Part shown: one piece after another, positions 28,530 through 40,488 of the stretch
How positions within the stretch are numbered: position 1 is the first letter of the stretch
How the letters are laid out: every line of letters begins with the position of its first letter
NCBI GenBank assembly: GCA_050248855.1
Contig: JBFWRP010000027.1
Coordinates: 1-59,675 of the forward strand
Origin: Planctomycetota bacterium
GTDB taxonomy: Bacteria; Planctomycetota; PLA2; JAEUHO01
Direction: 5' to 3'
DNA: 59,675 bases
The notes under the pieces: generated by a model
The model's database searches: none
What the model was told of the DNA's origin: nothing
What the model saw: only the letters and a program-made list of their open reading frames with translations
Made by a program: the position numbers and the translations under genes

Positions 28530-30512
28530 CTACCGCATCCACGCGGGCGCGACGGCGCTCACCACCAAGGACGCGTCCGTCCCCGGTAGCGCCAGCACAC
28601 CGAGACGCCCGGCCGCGAGGCCCGTCTCCACCTCGCCGCGGGCCAAGCCCGGCTCGCCCTCGGAGTCGCGACGTGCCAACAGCGGCGCGGCCGCGTTGCG
28701 CAGGGCATCCCGTGCAACGCTCGCCGGCACGCGAGCGGGCACGCCCATGCGACCGCCCTGCTCGGCGGCGAGCACGGCGCGCCAGGCCAGCCAGCCCTCG
28801 AGCTCGTAGCCCAGCCACAAGCGTGCCAGCGCACGCCCACGCGCCGCACCGCCCAAGCCGACCTGCTCGAGGCCGAGCCAAGCGCCCAGCAAGCCGGGGG
28901 CGCGCTGCACGGCTTCGAACCCGGCAATGTCCGCGGCGGCGAGATCACGCGCCAAGTCGGCTTCCGCACCCAGGGCGTGCTCGCGGAACGTGAGGGAGTC
29001 GCGCGCCGCACCCGTGCCCTTCCACGGCTGGAGGGCGTCGTAGGCATCGACCAGGCTGCCGCCCCGGCGCACGCGGTCGGCGTAGCCCACGGGGTCGGCG
29101 GCCTGGACCAGGGTCTGGACGTGCTCGAGGATCGTGACGGCGTCCGCGCCGTCTCGCAGCAGGGCCCGCAGCGACGGGCCCGCTACCAACGTGCTGAGGC
29201 GCGGGCTGGCGGCGTTGCCGGCGCGCGGCGCACCCCAGGTGACGCGGCGGCAGGGCACGACGACCGGGCGGCGCTCCGCGCTGGCGGGCAGCCAGACCGG
29301 CTCGGCCACGACGCGGTCGAAGCGTCCGCCGACGAGCAGCTGGCCGTCGAGCAGCAAGATCGGGGCGCGCGTCGGGCCGACGAGCGCCACGACGACGTCC
29401 TCGCCGCGTCCGTCCTCTTCGGCGAACGCAAGCTGCCCGCGGGCCTGGGCCTCGAGGGGATCGAGCGCTTCCACGCCGGCGTGCGGCGTGCGCCAGGCAC
29501 GGGTGTCCAGCAGCCCGCCGGCGCCGGTCACGGACGGGAAGCCGGCGTGCGGGGCCTTCTCGTCGAGCGCCGCGGCGAGCAAGTCGGCCGGCCGCGCCGT
29601 GGGCATGCGGCCCGTGGGCCCCGCCACGGTGGGCGAGGAGACCTCGACGCCCCGACGCCGTGCAGCGTCCTCCAGCACGGCGAGGAGGCCGCTGCCCTCC
29701 AGCTGGCGCAGGACGCGCAGCGGCACGTAGCGCACGCCTGCACGCCCGGCATCCGCGCGACCGGCGGGGCCAGCGGGCCCGCGACCAGCACCCGGCAGGG
29801 CGTACGCGACGATCGGCTCGCCCTGCAGGCGGGAGCGGCGCTCGACCTCGCGACGGACGTGCTCGAGCTCGGCCAGCAGGGCGGGAGCCGCCCCAGCGCC
29901 GGCGGGTCGGCTCCACGCCGGGCCTTCGCGGAGCTCGCGCTCGGGGAGCGTTGGGCCCGGAACGATCGGCCCGGGAAGGATGGGCGGCGAGCCGACCGGC
30001 GCCGCGGCAACGGTCGAGGGGGTCGCGCGCAGGCGCGCCAGGGCCAGCTCGGCGGGGCTGGCGACCGCCTGGACGTCGGCGTCGGCCAGGGCGGCGCCCC
30101 GCGAAGCGTCGGGCAGGCGGTCACGGCCGGCCGTGGCGCCGAGCACCACGGCGCCGCCGAGCGCGGCCACCACGGCGGCGGCCCAGGCGCGGCGGGCCAG
30201 ACGCAGCGTGCGCGCCTGCCGGCGGCGCCACGTGGCCGTGTCGCCCACGCGGGCGAGCACGGAGCGGGCGAGCCGGTCCGACGGCAGCGGCACCACCATG
30301 TCGGCGGCGTCCAGACGCTTGAGGGCCGAGGACAGGCGCGCGTAGGCCTCGGCCTCGTCCTGGCACGCACTGCAGACGGCGAGGTGCGCTTCGACGGCCG
30401 CCGTCTCCGCCACACCCAGCTCATGGTCGTGCAGCAGGGGCAGCGCGCCAGCCACCTCCTCGCAGGCGGGCGGGCGCGGGCCATCGGCAAAGGGCCGGGG
30501 GCGCGTCGTCAT
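28530..30512 (-). CDS. Zinc anti-sigma factor (zf-HC2) with TM and putative ARPP-1/DUF6569-like extracytoplasmic domain
   Basis: C..HLAVCSAC (HxxxCxxC), TM AWAAAVVAALGGAVVLG; ATGA overlap with the sigma gene; C-terminal PILLLDGQLLVGGRFDRVV..VVVPC. Confidence 0.75.
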   Translation of the reverse strand: MTTRPRPFADGPRPPACEEVAGALPLLHDHELGVAETAAVEAHLAVCSACQDEAEAYARLSSALKRLDAADMVVPLPSDRLARSVLARVGDTATWRRRQARTLRLARRAWAAAVVAALGGAVVLGATAGRDRLPDASRGAALADADVQAVASPAELALARLRATPSTVAAAPVGSPPILPGPIVPGPTLPERELREGPAWSRPAGAGAAPALLAELEHVRREVERRSRLQGEPIVAYALPGAGRGPAGPAGRADAGRAGVRYVPLRVLRQLEGSGLLAVLEDAARRRGVEVSSPTVAGPTGRMPTARPADLLAAALDEKAPHAGFPSVTGAGGLLDTRAWRTPHAGVEALDPLEAQARGQLAFAEEDGRGEDVVVALVGPTRAPILLLDGQLLVGGRFDRVVAEPVWLPASAERRPVVVPCRRVTWGAPRAGNAASPRLSTLVAGPSLRALLRDGADAVTILEHVQTLVQAADPVGYADRVRRGGSLVDAYDALQPWKGTGAARDSLTFREHALGAEADLARDLAAADIAGFEAVQRAPGLLGAWLGLEQVGLGGAARGRALARLWLGYELEGWLAWRAVLAAEQGGRMGVPARVPASVARDALRNAAAPLLARRDSEGEPGLARGEVETGLAAGRLGVLALPGTDASLVVSAVAPAWMR

Positions 30513-31186
30513 GCCGTCCCCCCTTCGCTGCGGAGCCAGTCGCGACCGACGGACGTGCGCGCCAGCTCGCGCGCCAAGAGCTTGCGCCCGCGGTGCAAGA
30601 GGACCTTGACCTCGTTCAGCGAGAGATCGAGCACCTCGGCGATGTCGCGGTAGCGCAGGCCCTCGAACTCGCGGAGCTCCAGGGCCTGTCGGACGCGGAC
30701 CGGCAAGCCCTCCAGGGAGATCCGCACGGCGTGGCGGGCATCGACGCGCTCGAGCGGCGCCTCGGGCTCGTCGAGGACGGCGCGGGGCTCGAGCTCGGTG
30801 CCTTCGCTCTCGATCGGATCCAGCTGCACGGCTTGCACGGCGCGCCGGCGCTTGCGCTTGCGCAGCAGGTCGAAACAGAGGTTGGAGAGGACCCGGTAGA
30901 AGTACGTCGTGAAGTGCCCGCGCGGCTGGTAGCGCGCGGCGTTGCGGAAGAGCTTGACGAAGAGCTCCTGCGCCATGTCCTCGGCGAGGTGGTGGTCGCG
31001 GAAGATGCGCCAGGCATACCGCCAAGCGGCCGCTTGGTGGCGGCGCATCAGCTCGGCCAGGGCGCAGGTGTCGCCGGCGCCGCAGGCGATCATGAGCTCG
31101 TCGTCGGCGAGGGCCCTCATGCCCCGTCCACCGGCGGCGCTACCCGGCGACGTAGGGGGAGGCGGAGGGGGCGGGGGCGGGGCCAT
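30509..31186 (-). CDS. ECF RNA polymerase sigma factor
   Basis: Region 2 [27 protein letters not shown]; region 4 [19 protein letters not shown]. Start may be 31120, 31186 or 31198. Confidence 0.93.
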   Translation of the reverse strand: MAPPPPPPPPPTSPGSAAGGRGMRALADDELMIACGAGDTCALAELMRRHQAAAWRYAWRIFRDHHLAEDMAQELFVKLFRNAARYQPRGHFTTYFYRVLSNLCFDLLRKRKRRRAVQAVQLDPIESEGTELEPRAVLDEPEAPLERVDARHAVRISLEGLPVRVRQALELREFEGLRYRDIAEVLDLSLNEVKVLLHRGRKLLARELARTSVGRDWLRSEGGTA

Positions 31187-31425
31187 GGACACCCTCATCA
31201 ACGCCCCGCAGCGCCCCTTGCGCCAGCCGTTCCGCCCGGGATCGCACGCCTGGAGGGACGAAAGTCCCGTATCGAAGGGTCCCCTGCCCCCGAGCGAGCC
31301 TCCGGTAGGATCCGCCCTCCCCCCGCAGCGCGGGCCGGGAGGTCCGGACTCGGGGTCCGGGCCCCCGCCTCGACCCGGCGACGGCATGTGGCGCCGACCG
31401 GGGTCCGTGCGGCCGAGGAGCCAGC

Positions 31426-32784
<1,359 letters not shown>

Positions 32785-32983
32785 GTACGCCCGGGCGGCC
32801 GGGCGGCCCTGGCGGGTGCCTCCGCTTGGGGACAGGCGTGGCCCCGGTCGAGGACAGCCTGAGCGGCCGGATCCCGGGGCTCCCGGCGGAAGGGGCCCTG
32901 CTGTACGGTGTTCGCCGGGCGGCGGCCCCCGCTACGCGGCTGGTCCCGACTTTGCGTGACGTTTCGGGCTCCGGAGCCTCTCG

Positions 32984-33676
32984 ATGCACGTCCCTCCCGG
33001 TTGCGAGCCCTCGCCCCAGCCCGTGGGTCCTGCCTGCGCAGCCGGCTCGTTTCGAGGCTCCGACCCGGTCCGATCGCAACCCGCGCCTCCCCCCACCAAG
33101 GGCTGGCTCGGCTGGGCCGCCCGCCCGACGCCCCACTGGGCGTGGCGGCGTCCGCTGGCGGCCCTGGTCGTCGGCGGGGCCCTGGTCGGCCTGCTGGCCG
33201 TGGTGCCGGGCACGCGCGGCGTGCGGGCCGATGACGGTCCCGCGTCCAGTGCGCCGCTTGGCTTTGCCCGCTTCGAGCGTGCCTGGCGCGGCCGGGACGC
33301 GTCGGCCGTCGTGCACTGCATGGCGGAGCGCGGACGACTGCGTGTCCGCCTCTTCGAGCGGCCCTTCCGGCGCGAAGAGACGTACACGATGCTGGCCGAC
33401 CGCGCCGGCACGAGCCTCGACCAGTACTTCGAGCACATCGAGCGACTCCAGCTGACGGAGCGCCGACCCGACGACGAGCGCGAACGGGGCTCGAGCCTGG
33501 ACACCGAGACGGTGCCCACCGTGCGCACGTACGACTACACGTACCGCGTCAAGGGCAAGAGTGCAGCGACCAGTCGTCTGCAGGTCCGGGTCACGCAGAC
33601 CGAGGGCGACGGCTGGGTTCTCGAGAGCGTGATCGAGCTGCCGGGCCGCGACGGGCAAGACCCGGATCGTCGGTGA
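32984..33676 (+). CDS. Exported NTF2/DUF4783-like protein (true start probably downstream)
   Basis: Signal-like PLAALVVGGALVGLLAVV..VRA, then FERAWRGRDASAV..LDQYF and a C-terminal beta hairpin; stop overlaps the kinase start. Confidence 0.55.
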   Translation: MHVPPGCEPSPQPVGPACAAGSFRGSDPVRSQPAPPPTKGWLGWAARPTPHWAWRRPLAALVVGGALVGLLAVVPGTRGVRADDGPASSAPLGFARFERAWRGRDASAVVHCMAERGRLRVRLFERPFRREETYTMLADRAGTSLDQYFEHIERLQLTERRPDDERERGSSLDTETVPTVRTYDYTYRVKGKSAATSRLQVRVTQTEGDGWVLESVIELPGRDGQDPDRR

Positions 33677-36600
33677 CGTCGACGAGCGAGCGGGCGCGTA
33701 GGCGCATGGCCCTCGCACGAACGCCCCTGATCGCACTCGCCTTGCTCGTGTCCGCGTGCAGCGCCAGCGAAGCGGCCATCGAGCGCACGATCGAGCGTCG
33801 CCTGGATCGTGCGAGCGAGCTGGTCTCTCGCGAGATCGAGGGCTACCTCGACAGCGCACGACTCGCCCTGGAGGAGCTCGAGGAAGCGTTCGTCCGCCTC
33901 GACGACGTCGACGAGCGCTTCGCCGCCGTCGAGTCGATCCGCCGACGTCACGGCCTTTCGGGCCTCACGTGGGAAGGACCCGGCGGGGGTGCCGTGTGGG
34001 CAGGACGCCCCGTCGACCCGCGCAGCCTGCCGGCGCCTGCGCCCTGGCACCCCTCCTTCCGGGCGGGCGAGCTCGGCTACTGCGACGCCCCCACCTTGCG
34101 CGCGCTCGTGCTCGGGCCGCGCCCCGTGCTGGGTGGTCACGCGTCCGCGGCGCTGATCCTCGAGGTGCGCGATGCCGATGCGCGGGATGACCCGCCGTTC
34201 GACGATCGCTGGCGCCAACGTCTCGAGCTCGACAGCGTGCGCCTGCTCCCTCCCGACGCCGCGCCCCCGTCCGAGGAGGGCGCCGACCTGACACGCCGCG
34301 TCATGGTGCGCGCCAGCGGGACCAGCCGCGACACCGGGCTGCTGGTCGAGGTGCGCGCCCACGACCCGGAGATCGTCGGAGAGCAGCTCGCCGAGCAGTC
34401 GCTGCGCGAGCGCGCGTGGTTGCTGTGGATGGGCTGGGCGGTGCTCGTCGCCGGTTCGGCCCTCCTCCTGCGGTTCAAGGTGCGCAGCCTGCGCTGGCGG
34501 CTCGTGGCCGCCGCCGCCCTCGTGTTCATGGCCCGCGGCGCCTTGGCCTACGTCCCCATCACCGACGCGTTGCCCGGGCTGTTCGACGCCTTCTCGCCCG
34601 CGGAGTTCGCCATCGAGTTCCCGTTCGGATGGCTGCGCTCGCCCGCGGACTTCGCGCTCACGGCGATCGCCTTCCTCCTCGCGATCCTGTTCCTCGCCGC
34701 CGCCGTGTGGCGCGTGCCGCGCCCGGCCGATCCGCGCTGGCGGGCCGGCGTGGTGCTGGGCGGGATGCTGGCCGCCGGCTTGGTCACGGGCGGCTGGCAT
34801 GAGCTGGTCGCGGCCGCCGTGCGCGGTGGGAAGACGTCGTTCTTCCGCGCCGACTCCTTCGTCCCGCGCGCAGGGACCGCCTTCATGCTGCTCGCGGTCG
34901 TTGCCGTGACCGCGGCGGCGCTGTTGGCGGCCACGGCGGCCCTGCGCGTGGCGCGTCGCGCCTGGGATCGGCGCGGCCGCGCCGCGCTGCTCGCGGGCCT
35001 CCTGCTGGCCGCGGGCGCAGGCGCCGTGGCCTGGTTCGTGGCGTCGGGCGAGGGGCGTCCGGACATCGTGGTGCTCGCGCTGCCTCTCGTCGCGTCGGGC
35101 GTCGTCGTGCGCGACCGCCTGTTCGGGCTGGCGCTGCCCAGCCGCATCCTGCTCGTGGGCGTGGCCAGCACCTTCCTCGCGTACCCGTTGCTGTGGTCGC
35201 AGGTGGCCACGCGCGACAGCGAACAGCTGGCACGCACGCTCCGCCACCTGCTCGCCACCGAAGAGTCGAACATCGAGTCGATGCTGCACGCGCTGCGGGA
35301 CGCGCGCGACGACCCGCGCGTACGCCGCGCCCTGGAAGCCGCGGAGGCGGGCATGCCGGTGGATGGCGTGGCCTACCACCTCTGGCTCATGAGCGACTTC
35401 CGCGGCAGTGGCCACCCCTGCGTCGTCAGCGTGCTCGACAGGCGCGACCACGTCGTGGACCGCTTCTCGTTGGGCGCGCTCCCCGACACCCTGCTGCTGC
35501 CGCCCGCCCCGCCCGCGCGCGCCGAGGTCGACAACCAGCTCGACGTGGACCACGGCGACGGTTCGCGCCTGCGTGCCGTGATCGGGCGCGTGCGCATCCG
35601 CCGCGACGGGAAGCCCCTCGGAGCGGTCGTGTTCACGGCACCCGACCGCCTGGACATGGAGGTGCGCGGCCTGCACGACGGCTTGCGAGCCGTGGCCAGC
35701 GACGAGAGCGACGACGATGCCGCCACGGCGCGACCGCAGTTTGCCGAGCTGCGTGGAGGTGCCGTCCTGCGCGCCAGCGACCCGACCGTGTCGCGACGCG
35801 CCGACCGCTTCGGCCCACCGGACGTGCTGGACTTGCAGGGCGAGGCCAAGGCCCCGGGCGAGTCGCGCGGACGCGCCTTGGCGTGGCGCGACGACGACTT
35901 CCAGGGCTACGCGCAGTTCACGCCCAACCGCGGCAGCGTCCACGCCATCCGTCGCGCCCGGCCTGGCTTCGGCGAGGCCATGCTGGCGCTGTCGCGCGTC
36001 ATCCTCCTCGGCGTGGGCCTGGCCTCCGTGGCGGCGTTGCTCGCGCTCGTCGTGAGCCTGCACGGGTTCCGGCCGCAGCTGCACCACCGCATCCTGGTCT
36101 CCTACTTCATCATCAGCGTCATCCCGCTCGTGCTGCTGGGCCTCGCCAGCGCGCGAGATGCCCGCACGCGCTTCGAGCGACGCCTGGACGCACGCCTGGG
36201 CACCGACCTCGCGCGCATGCGGGGACAGCTGGAGCGACTCGGCGGCCAGTTGCACGAGCGCGCCGACTCCGCCTCCCTCCAACGCTGGACGCCGCAGACC
36301 GGCCACGACACGGTGCTGTACGACGCGGAAGGCGTCGTCCAGGCGGCCAGCCGCCCCGGCCTGCTCACGGCCGACCTGCTGCCCGATCGCCTGCCCGCCG
36401 AGGTGTACCGCGCGACCGTGCTGGAGAAGCGCCGGCTGCTGCAGCGGCACGCCGACTACGCGGGTCGGCCCGTCTGGTTCGGCTACGAGCCGGTGCTCGA
36501 CTCGACGGGCCATACGCGCGCAACCGTGGGCATCCCGCTGCTGTACGACAAGGACCGCCTCGACGAGGAAGTGACCGTCAGCGGCAGCGTGTTGATGGCC

Positions 36601-37515
36601 GCCTACCTCCTGACGCTGGTCTTGGTGCTCGTGGGCGCGATCTACGCGGCGAATCGCATCGCGCGCCCGCTGGCCTTCCTGGCCGCCGGTACGCGCCGCG
36701 TGGCGACGGGCGATCTGGACGTGGAGCTGCCGGGCGAGGGCGCCGACGAGATGGGCCAGCTCGTGGCCAACTTCAACGCCATGACCCGCGAGCTGCGCGA
36801 GACCACGGCGCGGGCCGTCCAAGCCGAGCGCGAGAGCGCCTGGCGGAAAATGGCCCGCCAGGTCGCGCACGAGATCAAGAACCCGCTCACGCCGATGCGG
36901 CTGATGATCCAGCAGATGGAAGCCGAGGCGATCGACCCGGCACGGGCGCAGGAGGCCATCCGCCGCGCGGCGCCCGTCGTGCTCCGGCAGATCGAGACCC
37001 TGACGCGCATCGCCGGCGACTTCGCCAACTTCGCGCGCTTGCCCAAGCGTCGCCAGACGGAGATCGACCCCGCGGCCCTCGTCGAGGAGGTGACGGCGCT
37101 GCACAGCGGCACCGCATCCCGCGGCATCGCCGTCACGTGCGAGGTCGAGCGCGGGCTGCCGCCGATCTACTGGGACGAGGAGGAGCTGCGCCGGGCGCTG
37201 ATCAACCTGGTCCGCAACGGCATCCAGGCCATCCGCGGGCGCGGCATGGTGCGCCTCAAGGCCCACGCGGCCGAGCGGGAGGGGCGACCCGGTGTCGCGA
37301 TCTCCATCACGGACACGGGCGTCGGGATCCCCCGCGAGAACCTCGAGCGCCTCTTCGAACCCCACTTCTCCACGAAGACCAGCGGCATGGGCCTGGGCCT
37401 GGCCATCGTGCGGCGCATCATCCAGGACAGCGGTGGCACGATCCGTGTCTCGAGCCGCGTGGGGCGGGGAACCATCTTCACCTTGTGGTGGCACACCGCC
37501 TGGGAAGGGCGGTAG
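33673..37515 (+). CDS. Large multi-TM HAMP sensor histidine kinase (NtrY-like)
   Basis: HAMP; H-box AWRKMARQVAHEIKNPLTP; N-box NLVRNG; DTGVG, FSTK, GMGLGL. Confidence 0.95.
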   Translation: MTSTSERARRRMALARTPLIALALLVSACSASEAAIERTIERRLDRASELVSREIEGYLDSARLALEELEEAFVRLDDVDERFAAVESIRRRHGLSGLTWEGPGGGAVWAGRPVDPRSLPAPAPWHPSFRAGELGYCDAPTLRALVLGPRPVLGGHASAALILEVRDADARDDPPFDDRWRQRLELDSVRLLPPDAAPPSEEGADLTRRVMVRASGTSRDTGLLVEVRAHDPEIVGEQLAEQSLRERAWLLWMGWAVLVAGSALLLRFKVRSLRWRLVAAAALVFMARGALAYVPITDALPGLFDAFSPAEFAIEFPFGWLRSPADFALTAIAFLLAILFLAAAVWRVPRPADPRWRAGVVLGGMLAAGLVTGGWHELVAAAVRGGKTSFFRADSFVPRAGTAFMLLAVVAVTAAALLAATAALRVARRAWDRRGRAALLAGLLLAAGAGAVAWFVASGEGRPDIVVLALPLVASGVVVRDRLFGLALPSRILLVGVASTFLAYPLLWSQVATRDSEQLARTLRHLLATEESNIESMLHALRDARDDPRVRRALEAAEAGMPVDGVAYHLWLMSDFRGSGHPCVVSVLDRRDHVVDRFSLGALPDTLLLPPAPPARAEVDNQLDVDHGDGSRLRAVIGRVRIRRDGKPLGAVVFTAPDRLDMEVRGLHDGLRAVASDESDDDAATARPQFAELRGGAVLRASDPTVSRRADRFGPPDVLDLQGEAKAPGESRGRALAWRDDDFQGYAQFTPNRGSVHAIRRARPGFGEAMLALSRVILLGVGLASVAALLALVVSLHGFRPQLHHRILVSYFIISVIPLVLLGLASARDARTRFERRLDARLGTDLARMRGQLERLGGQLHERADSASLQRWTPQTGHDTVLYDAEGVVQAASRPGLLTADLLPDRLPAEVYRATVLEKRRLLQRHADYAGRPVWFGYEPVLDSTGHTRATVGIPLLYDKDRLDEEVTVSGSVLMAAYLLTLVLVLVGAIYAANRIARPLAFLAAGTRRVATGDLDVELPGEGADEMGQLVANFNAMTRELRETTARAVQAERESAWRKMARQVAHEIKNPLTPMRLMIQQMEAEAIDPARAQEAIRRAAPVVLRQIETLTRIAGDFANFARLPKRRQTEIDPAALVEEVTALHSGTASRGIAVTCEVERGLPPIYWDEEELRRALINLVRNGIQAIRGRGMVRLKAHAAEREGRPGVAISITDTGVGIPRENLERLFEPHFSTKTSGMGLGLAIVRRIIQDSGGTIRVSSRVGRGTIFTLWWHTAWEGR

Positions 37516-37568
37516 TCTCTCCGACCAGCGCCCGGGGGCGGCGCGGGGCAGTCAACCGGAGGTGACCC

Positions 37569-40469
37569 GTGGAGGGCGACACCAAGAAGCCGCCGCCGTT
37601 CTTCTGCCCGTCGTGCGGCCAGAAGCACCGCGCCCCCATCGACAACCTGGTGGCCAACCCGGGGGCCGTGCTGCGCGTGGCCTGTTCGGCCTGCACCAAG
37701 CCGCTCGCCGTGACCCTCAACGCCGACGGCTCGCTCGCCTGCGTGTTGGTCGAGGAGGGCGCGGCTCCCCCCGATCCGCCCGCGGCCTCGACACCAGCGG
37801 CCACGACAGCGGCGGCCCCGGCAGCCACGGCCTCGACATCCGGCGCGCCCACCCCCTCGGCCCCGCGCTCCACGCGCCGCGGCAAGGGGGGCAAGGACCG
37901 CTCGGCCGGCCCCAAGCGCGACGCCCCGGTCCGCAAGGGCAAGCGCTCGACCGCGGGCCGCAAGACGGCAGCCCCTCTTCCTGCCAGCCAGGACTCCGCG
38001 GCCGCCCAGGCCTCCGCGCCCGAGTCGCCTGCCGTGCCCGCTCCGGCGGGCCCCGGCGCGCCCAAGCCGGCGCGGACACCGCCCGCCCCCGCCGACGACG
38101 TGCCTGCCGTGGCGGGCGCGGAGTTTGCCGAGGGCGACCACGTCGGTCGCTACCTGATCGAGCACGCCATCGCCGAAGGCGGGACCTCCGTCGTCTACCG
38201 CGCGTTCGACCCCACGACCAACCGCACGGTCGCGCTCAAGGTGCTCAAGACGGGCCTGTCGGACGCGATGCGCGAGCGCTTCCTGCGCGAGATCGAGGTG
38301 CAGGCCAACATCCGCCACCAGAACATCATGCCGGTGTTCGACCGGGGGGCGCTGCCCGACGGACGCCCCTTCTTCACGATGGAGCTCTTGTACCGCCCCA
38401 TCACGCTGGAGGAGATCGCCGACCGTCGCCTCGACGGGACGCTGTCCAAGACCGCTTCCCTGCGTCCCTTGCTCGAGCTCGAAGGTCTCGTCAAGGCGGT
38501 GCTCGTGCCCGTCTCCGAAGGCGTCTACGTGGCCAACGTCGAGAACGGCGTGATCCACCGCGACCTCAAGCCGGGCAACGTGCTGGTGGACAGCCGCACG
38601 TTGCGCCCGTACGTGATCGACTTCGGCATCTGCCATGCGCTCGAGAAGAAGGGCGCCGCGGGCAAGGCCGTCGTGGCCCCGACCACGGAAGACGCCGGCG
38701 TCGTCGGCACGCCGCGCTTCCTGGCGCCCGAACAGGTCACCGGCTCCGTGCACGCTCGCACCGACGTGTGGGGTTTGGGCGCCTTGCTGCGGTACGCCGT
38801 CACGGGCGAGCCGCCCATCGCCGGCGCGGCCAGCATCACGCGCGCCGAGCTCGGTCGGCGCCTGGCGCAGCTGCGCGAGGCCCGTGCATCCGCGGAGCGC
38901 AAGGGCGAAGAGGGCAAGATCGAGCTGATCGAGGAGAAGCTCGCGCGCCTCGAAGAGCCCGGCCTGCGCACGATCGACGACATCTTCCGCGATGCGCGGG
39001 ACGCGCGCTACACGCCGCTCCCCGTGAGCACGCCCTCGCCGGTCGTCGCCGTGATCAACAAGTCGATGGCGGCCAACCCGACGGACCGCTACGTGAATGC
39101 CCGTCAGCTGGTCGCGGACCTGTCCTCGTGGCTCGAGGGCGGCAGCGTGCGCGCGCTCCGCGAGGTCGGCGGCAAGGCGGCCGCCGTGGAGTCGGCGCGC
39201 CGTGCCCTGCAGCGACATCTCATGACGGCCGTCGTGGCGCTCGTCGGGCTGGTCGGCGGGTTCTTCGTGGGCAAGCTCGTCGCGGGCGCTCCGCAGGCGG
39301 CTCCGTCCACGCGTGTGGCCGACGTGGAGGTCGACGTCGAGAGCCTCGAACGGCACTTGGAACGCATGCGGTTGGCCCTCGCGGCGGATCGCCTCACGCC
39401 CCTGGAGCAGCGCTTGCTGTTCGAGACCCTGGCCGAGCGGCAGCGCGCGTTCCAGACGCGCTTGGGGGGCGAGCCCGACGTTCCGCGCGTGCGATCCGTG
39501 CGCGAACGCATGCAGTTCGTGACCAACCGGTTCGCGCCGGCGCTGGTGTTCGTGGACCTCCCCGAAGGCGCCAAGGCCCAGGCACGCTGTCGCCTGGTGG
39601 GCTTCGAGGGCGCCGTGGAGCTTGCCGCGGGGCCCAATCGACTGCCCCCCGGCCTCTACGACGTGGATGTCCAGCCCGGCGACATCCGGATCCCCCTCTC
39701 GGTCCCGCTGCTCGTGCGCGAGTCCAGCTTGGAGGCGCAGCCGGACAAGGAGCCGGCGTGGACGACGCTACGCCTGCCGGTGACGCCTTCGAGCATCCCG
39801 CGCGACGTGGTCTTGGTGGCTGGCGGGCGCGTGAAGGCCAGGGACCTGCCCTTTGGCCCCGCCTCGCCCGAGGAGGCCGTCGAGCCGTTCTTCCTGGGTC
39901 GCGCCGAGGTCACCAACCTGGACTACGCGACGTGGCTGCGCGCCCTGGCGCCGGAAGCCCGTGCGAAGCATGCGCCGCTCGTGGGCATCACGGTGGGTCC
40001 CGAAGACGGAGGTGTCCAGGTCACCACCGGCGCCGACTCGCGTCCCGTGGTCGGCATCCGACCGTCGGATGCACGCGCGTACGCGGCGTGGCGCGCGGAG
40101 CGCGACGGGGTTCCGTGGCGCTTGCCGACCGAGGCGGAATGGGTGCTGGCCGCTGGCGGCGCACTCGGCTACACGCTGCCCGGGGGGCTGGCGGGCGAGC
40201 GCGAAGATGCCCACCTGATCCCGCCGCTGGCCGATGCGGGTGGCCATGCGCGGGACATCTCCCCGTACGGGGCTCGCGGCATGCTCGGCAACGCCCGCGA
40301 GATGGTCACCCCGTCGATCCGCACGGCCGCCGAGGGCGACGTCATCGTCAAGGGTGCGGGGGTGGGCGAGGCTCCCGACGCGGGCGCGATCCACGCATGG
40401 CGCGTGCTGGGCGTCGAGGATCGCGAACCCGCAACCGGCTTGCGGCTGGCACGGGACCTGACGCCCTAG
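37569..40469 (+). CDS. Ser/Thr protein kinase with N-terminal Zn ribbon, TM and C-terminal FGE-sulfatase (SUMF1) domain
   Basis: CPSC..CSAC; VALK, HRDLKPGN, DFG, APE, DVWGLG; EVTN, RLPTEAEW, SPYG..MLGN, GLR. Confidence 0.93.
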   Translation: MEGDTKKPPPFFCPSCGQKHRAPIDNLVANPGAVLRVACSACTKPLAVTLNADGSLACVLVEEGAAPPDPPAASTPAATTAAAPAATASTSGAPTPSAPRSTRRGKGGKDRSAGPKRDAPVRKGKRSTAGRKTAAPLPASQDSAAAQASAPESPAVPAPAGPGAPKPARTPPAPADDVPAVAGAEFAEGDHVGRYLIEHAIAEGGTSVVYRAFDPTTNRTVALKVLKTGLSDAMRERFLREIEVQANIRHQNIMPVFDRGALPDGRPFFTMELLYRPITLEEIADRRLDGTLSKTASLRPLLELEGLVKAVLVPVSEGVYVANVENGVIHRDLKPGNVLVDSRTLRPYVIDFGICHALEKKGAAGKAVVAPTTEDAGVVGTPRFLAPEQVTGSVHARTDVWGLGALLRYAVTGEPPIAGAASITRAELGRRLAQLREARASAERKGEEGKIELIEEKLARLEEPGLRTIDDIFRDARDARYTPLPVSTPSPVVAVINKSMAANPTDRYVNARQLVADLSSWLEGGSVRALREVGGKAAAVESARRALQRHLMTAVVALVGLVGGFFVGKLVAGAPQAAPSTRVADVEVDVESLERHLERMRLALAADRLTPLEQRLLFETLAERQRAFQTRLGGEPDVPRVRSVRERMQFVTNRFAPALVFVDLPEGAKAQARCRLVGFEGAVELAAGPNRLPPGLYDVDVQPGDIRIPLSVPLLVRESSLEAQPDKEPAWTTLRLPVTPSSIPRDVVLVAGGRVKARDLPFGPASPEEAVEPFFLGRAEVTNLDYATWLRALAPEARAKHAPLVGITVGPEDGGVQVTTGADSRPVVGIRPSDARAYAAWRAERDGVPWRLPTEAEWVLAAGGALGYTLPGGLAGEREDAHLIPPLADAGGHARDISPYGARGMLGNAREMVTPSIRTAAEGDVIVKGAGVGEAPDAGAIHAWRVLGVEDREPATGLRLARDLTP

Positions 40470-40488
40470 CCGATCGAACGTGCCGTGC

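Noticed and set aside
33535..37494. 1319-aa minus-strand ORF
   Set aside because: Antisense shadow of the histidine kinase.
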